Shown piece by piece: positions 60,444 through 64,000 of a DNA stretch of 64,000 bases (positions are counted from its first letter, which is position 1; every line of letters begins with the position of its first letter). Source of the DNA: Candidatus Rifleibacterium amylolyticum (GTDB taxonomy: Bacteria; Muiribacteriota; Ozemobacteria; Ozemobacterales; Ozemobacteraceae); the NCBI GenBank assembly GCA_009917695.1, contig JAACJG010000014.1, positions 50,959 to 114,958 of the forward strand, written 5' to 3'. The notes under the pieces are model-generated. The model searched no databases, was not told the origin of the DNA, and saw only the letters and a program-made list of their open reading frames with translations. The position numbers and the translations under genes were made by a program.

Positions 60444-60968
60444 ATGAGTTATCGAAACCTGGAAGTAGATCCTGAATTCCTTTTATCGCTTAAAAAGCAG
60501 GATAACAGAGCATTTGAGAAATTGTTCCACGCATATGCCGGCCTGGTCTTTTCAATAGCAATGAGCCTGATCGGCAGGAGAACATCCGCAGAAGACGCAG
60601 TTCAGGAAGTTTTCTTTAAAGCCTACAACGCTTTGCCAGACTTTAAAGGGGAAAAGTTAGCTTCATGGCTGGGAAAAATAGCACACAATCATTGTATAGA
60701 CCTGCTTCGACAAACGAATCGTAAAGTTCTCACCACAACTGTGCCTGTTGAAGATCTACATCTTTCGCAATCAAGTTCTGACAATGATGAGCTTCCAGAC
60801 TTTATCAATTCTCTATCAGAAACTGACCGTGAAGTTGTTGTCTTGAAAAAAGTAGAAGGCTTGAGCTACAAGGAGATTTCTCTGCTGACTGGTAAAAAAG
60901 AAGGAACTTTGCGCAATATAGTTCTTAAATGTCTGCAATCGCTGAGAGAAAAAGTAGATGAAAACTGA
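60444..60968 (+). CDS. ECF sigma factor
   Basis: AEDAVQEVF.KAY, SWL.KIAHNHCID, GLSYKEIS. Confidence 0.93.
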   Translation: MSYRNLEVDPEFLLSLKKQDNRAFEKLFHAYAGLVFSIAMSLIGRRTSAEDAVQEVFFKAYNALPDFKGEKLASWLGKIAHNHCIDLLRQTNRKVLTTTVPVEDLHLSQSSSDNDELPDFINSLSETDREVVVLKKVEGLSYKEISLLTGKKEGTLRNIVLKCLQSLREKVDEN

Positions 60969-61872
60969 TTGTGAAAAATTCATCTCATTACTTCAGGAAC
61001 AAACCGAGATTGTTCTTGAGGACGCCGACAAAAATCATCTGGCTGAGTGTGAAAGCTGCCGGCGGCTATTGGCAAACCATGAACGCAGCTTTACAAGACT
61101 GAAACAGGATTTGTCGATTTCAACTCCACGACAGGAATTTATTCTTGCTAATCTGCAAAAGATGATAGCAGATCAGAAGAGCTCAAAAGACCGGCATCTG
61201 AATTTTTCTCTGTCACTATGGTTAAACGGATGGCGCACGCAAATCGCATTTACAATTGCATTGTTCATAGCCGTGATCGGAATCTGGTATTCACACCAAT
61301 CCTCATCGGGTGATGAAATGCAGATTTCAGGTTCAGCGACTATTCTCAAGAACTTCAAAAAGATTGCCCTTGAGAAAACTTCGATTCATCTCAGACCAGG
61401 CGAAAGAGTCACTCTCCTCAATGGTCAGATCGATCTGCGGTGGCAGAATTCAGCAAAAATCTCAGTCGACGGAATGCTTGATTTTGTCGTGCATGAGAAA
61501 AGTATAGTAGCGAACAATGGTCAGGCTACCCTCACATTTTTGCCAACCGCCTCCGGCTACATTGTTTCCACCAGATTGATGCTGGTAAAGATTCTTGGAA
61601 CTACAGTGATACTCGAACTGGACGACAATCAGGAGTCTGTTTCAGTGGTTAAAGGAAAAATAGAATGGTCGCTTGTCGATGGTAAAGAAAAGCGTGAGGT
61701 CGCTGCAGGAGTTAAAATGATTGTAACCAGTCGTCCTGACGGATTGAAGGTCACAGAAGATATCTACGAGAAAACAACACCCAATAACAGCTCAAACAAG
61801 CTGTTAGATGCAAATGATGGTATAGGGGCAAAGAAGATCGGAGATAACTGGACTCCTCTCGAAAAGAATTGA
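60958..61872 (+). CDS. Anti-sigma factor with zinc-binding HxxxCxxC motif, TM helix and FecR domain
   Basis: HLAECESC; TM helix; VST....VKILGT...VSVVKGKI. Confidence 0.85.
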   Translation: MKTDCEKFISLLQEQTEIVLEDADKNHLAECESCRRLLANHERSFTRLKQDLSISTPRQEFILANLQKMIADQKSSKDRHLNFSLSLWLNGWRTQIAFTIALFIAVIGIWYSHQSSSGDEMQISGSATILKNFKKIALEKTSIHLRPGERVTLLNGQIDLRWQNSAKISVDGMLDFVVHEKSIVANNGQATLTFLPTASGYIVSTRLMLVKILGTTVILELDDNQESVSVVKGKIEWSLVDGKEKREVAAGVKMIVTSRPDGLKVTEDIYEKTTPNNSSNKLLDANDGIGAKKIGDNWTPLEKN

Positions 61873-61950
61873 ATTATGTGCTGCTGAGTAATTTATTCAA
61901 CCGTAATATTTAGTGTAAAATTTTCTAAAATCTGTCTGGAGGGTATAATC

Positions 61951-62928
61951 ATGAAGAAAAAGATTGTTGCGGTCTTTTTGGTTGCTTTTGTTTTTTCGCT
62001 GCTGGCATTGAGCTCGAGTTCTGCTGCCGATCTCAAGATAAGATTTACCGATAAAAGCCGTTTGAAATATCAGGGCGACTGGAAATTGATCAGCTATCAG
62101 GCTTACACTTCCAAACTCGTTGGATCAGGTGGTCGGCGCGGCACCCTGACCTGTGAACCTCAACTGTCAGGCACCTATCAGATAATAGCTGAATTCAAGG
62201 CAACCGTTAATCGCGGAAGGCATGCTTTATACTATGTTGATGGAGTAAAAGTAAAAGAAGTCGATCAGAGAGCGGGAGTTACCGAAGGGAAATCTGCTTT
62301 CATCAAAGTTTCTCTGGGAGTTTTTGAACTGAAGCCAGAGTCCAAGGTAGAACTCAGAGCCGAAGACGGCGTATCGTATTCTTTTGTGAGCTTCACTTTT
62401 ACCACCTCTACCGAAGTGCCGACAGATGTCAGCGCCACCGGGGGCGTTGAGGGAGATACCGGCGCCGAAAGCTCCTTTGTGGCAAAAAGCGATGGTGATC
62501 TGGTAATCGAACCCTACCTTTCCACATACAGTCCGGCGGCTTTTCGCGTGTCTGTCGATGGCAAGGAAGTATTCAGCTGGACTCGCTCGAATTCAACATC
62601 GAAAGAACCCTGTGTATTTCAGGGCGCGGCTGACGACAAGTCGATGATCGAAATTAAGCCTGGCGATTACTCACCGGCCCCCGGCCTGAAATACACGGTC
62701 GCCTTGAAGGCAGGGCAAAAAGTTACATCGAGCAAGTCGGGCAGTTACGAATCTGACGCCTATCTCAAGATTTCCGGGCCATTTGATGGTAACGCCGCCG
62801 CTGCTGAAACCGATACTGACGATAAAGACAAGCCGGTTAAAACCACTGCGGGCGACAGCGATGACGGCAAAACTGCTACCGGCGAGAAAAAGCCAACAGT
62901 CATGGACGACGTCCTGAATAACAAGTAA
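61951..62928 (+). CDS. Exported two-domain beta protein (carbohydrate-binding-like domain plus unnamed shared domain)
   Basis: Signal peptide, GGAGG RBS; Y.GDW...SGTYQI...NR...A.Y.V...VDQR...VSLGVF; LSTYSPA...SWTR...PGDYSPA. Confidence 0.8.
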   Translation: MKKKIVAVFLVAFVFSLLALSSSSAADLKIRFTDKSRLKYQGDWKLISYQAYTSKLVGSGGRRGTLTCEPQLSGTYQIIAEFKATVNRGRHALYYVDGVKVKEVDQRAGVTEGKSAFIKVSLGVFELKPESKVELRAEDGVSYSFVSFTFTTSTEVPTDVSATGGVEGDTGAESSFVAKSDGDLVIEPYLSTYSPAAFRVSVDGKEVFSWTRSNSTSKEPCVFQGAADDKSMIEIKPGDYSPAPGLKYTVALKAGQKVTSSKSGSYESDAYLKISGPFDGNAAAAETDTDDKDKPVKTTAGDSDDGKTATGEKKPTVMDDVLNNK

Positions 62929-62952
62929 CAGAGACCCATACCGAGGCCCTTA

Positions 62953-62988
62953 CGACTGACTCTGAATCTTGTCATTCAGGGTCAGTCG
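62953..62988 (+). terminator. Hairpin downstream of the last island gene
   Basis: CGACTGACTCTGAAT / ATTCAGGGTCAGTCG; no U-tract. Confidence 0.5.
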
Positions 62989-63008
62989 GAATAGCCCTTG
63001 CAGAAAGA

Positions 63009-63142
63009 GTTGGAGAGGTTCCGATACCCGGTTATACTCACATCAGAAAGGCGATGCCCTCATCGACAAAAATGTGGGCTGAGTCTTTCAAATGTGCCAT
63101 TGAAGATGATCTGACGCTAATCGAATGTGCCATTAAACTTAT
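63009..63142 (+). pseudogene. Internal argH fragment (diverged duplicate of 54443-54576)
   Basis: 134 bp with 11 mismatches by eye, 9 synonymous. Confidence 0.9.
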
Positions 63143-63291
63143 AGTCAATTTCAGCAAAGTGCTTTGCTTGGTAGCAGCGCCACAGACAGGTGTTTTTCCG
63201 GTTCGCTCACAGATTTTTTTCTACGACAGATTATAATGCTCCCCGAACGTGAGACACAAAAATGAGAAAAATAAGTTAAACTGAAATCACT

Positions 63292-63606
63292 ATGAATAAA
63301 CGTAATACTTATACTCCAGAGTTTAAAACCATGGTCGTCCTCGAAATCTTGAAGGAAGAGATGACTCTTTCTCAGATTGCTCAGAAATATGAAGTTCACC
63401 AGAATATGCTCTCAAAGTGGAAGCAGGAGTTTCTGGAACACGCGCAGAGCGCTTTTAAACGTGGAAAAACAGAGGCCGAAAAAGAATTGCGAGCAGAAAA
63501 GGAACGTAGTCAGGAGCTTGAGAAGCTGGTTGGCCAGTTGACCTATGAGGTTGACTGGTTGAAAAAAAAATCTGCACAGTTCGGCATCAAGATCAGAAAG
63601 GCTTAA
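63292..63606 (+). CDS. IS3 transposase OrfA
   Basis: R.TYTPEFK..VVLE, HTH, LVGQLTYEVDWLKKK. Confidence 0.92.
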   Translation: MNKRNTYTPEFKTMVVLEILKEEMTLSQIAQKYEVHQNMLSKWKQEFLEHAQSAFKRGKTEAEKELRAEKERSQELEKLVGQLTYEVDWLKKKSAQFGIKIRKA

Positions 63607-63607
63607 A

Positions 63608-64000
63608 ATGGTGGATTTCACCGAGAATATGCTGACCGTCCGGCGGCAAGCCGAGCTGGTCGCAGTAAATAGAACAAGCGTTTACAGAAAGGAGCCACCC
63701 TATAAGGAAAGCGAAGAAAACATTGAAATCATGAGCCTGATCGACAGGGTTCACACAGACTACCCGACTTATGGATATCGCATTATTACAAGATTGCTTT
63801 CTAATGTCGGCTATGTGGTTAATCGCAAACGAGTCAGGCGCTTGATGAGAAGAATGGACGTTCATGCAATATATCCCGGCCCCAATCTCAGCAAACTGCT
63901 GCACGCAAAATATCGCATGCCTTATCTGCTGCGTGGACTTGAGATAACCAAGCCTGATCAGGTCTGGGGAATAGACATAACCTATTTACCCATGGGAAAA
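63608..64000 (+). CDS. IS3 transposase OrfB (partial, runs off window)
   Basis: LTVRRQAEL, YPTYGYR, VNRKRVRRLMRRM, PYLLRGL, DQVWGIDITYLPM. Confidence 0.9.
   Translation, partial: MVDFTENMLTVRRQAELVAVNRTSVYRKEPPYKESEENIEIMSLIDRVHTDYPTYGYRIITRLLSNVGYVVNRKRVRRLMRRMDVHAIYPGPNLSKLLHAKYRMPYLLRGLEITKPDQVWGIDITYLPMGK

Larger units (their letters stand above)
63232..64000 (+). mobile_element. IS3-family insertion sequence (left part)
   Basis: IRL-like TATAATGCTCCCCGAACGTGAGACA; orfA/orfB with A9 run at 63562-70. Confidence 0.9.

Noticed and set aside
63054-63236. 60-aa ORF as a real gene
   Set aside because: It is the argH fragment reading into unrelated sequence

Overview
Bacterial chromosomal window from an anaerobe. 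The pilin-like 'CxANxRVxxxAxEMYNMD...CxxHG' proteins and pseudopilin clusters suggest Candidatus Riflebacteria or a relative (inference, not verified). Housekeeping blocks: asnA/asnC, pdxST, yhbY, argR-argG-argH with tandem ARG boxes, two hybrid histidine kinases and a REC-adenylate cyclase. An 11-kb hydrogen locus holds rex, a trimeric [FeFe]-hydrogenase hydCBA and an hfs-like sensory cluster. Accessory material: (1) a four-gene uncharacterised envelope operon (propeller, membrane protein, Ig-like plus putative pore-forming protein, FHA protein) at 0.3-8 kb; (2) a 326-bp IS66-type MITE with 13-bp TIRs and an 8-bp target duplication that carries a structured RNA-like segment, plus a decayed second copy; (3) an AT-rich defence island (33-40.5 kb) with a TIR/membrane-effector/TIR operon, a HigBA-SecB toxin-antitoxin-chaperone system, more TA modules and scars; (4) a pseudopilin + ECF sigma/FecR island (55.2-63 kb) encoding two secreted proteins that share an unnamed domain; (5) an IS3 element at the right edge. 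Both large islands end on the right with a copy of an internal fragment of a gene lying to their left (hfsB-like gene, 40 bp; argH, 134 bp). No rRNA, tRNA or CRISPR array was seen. All family assignments are by motif recognition; no searches were run.
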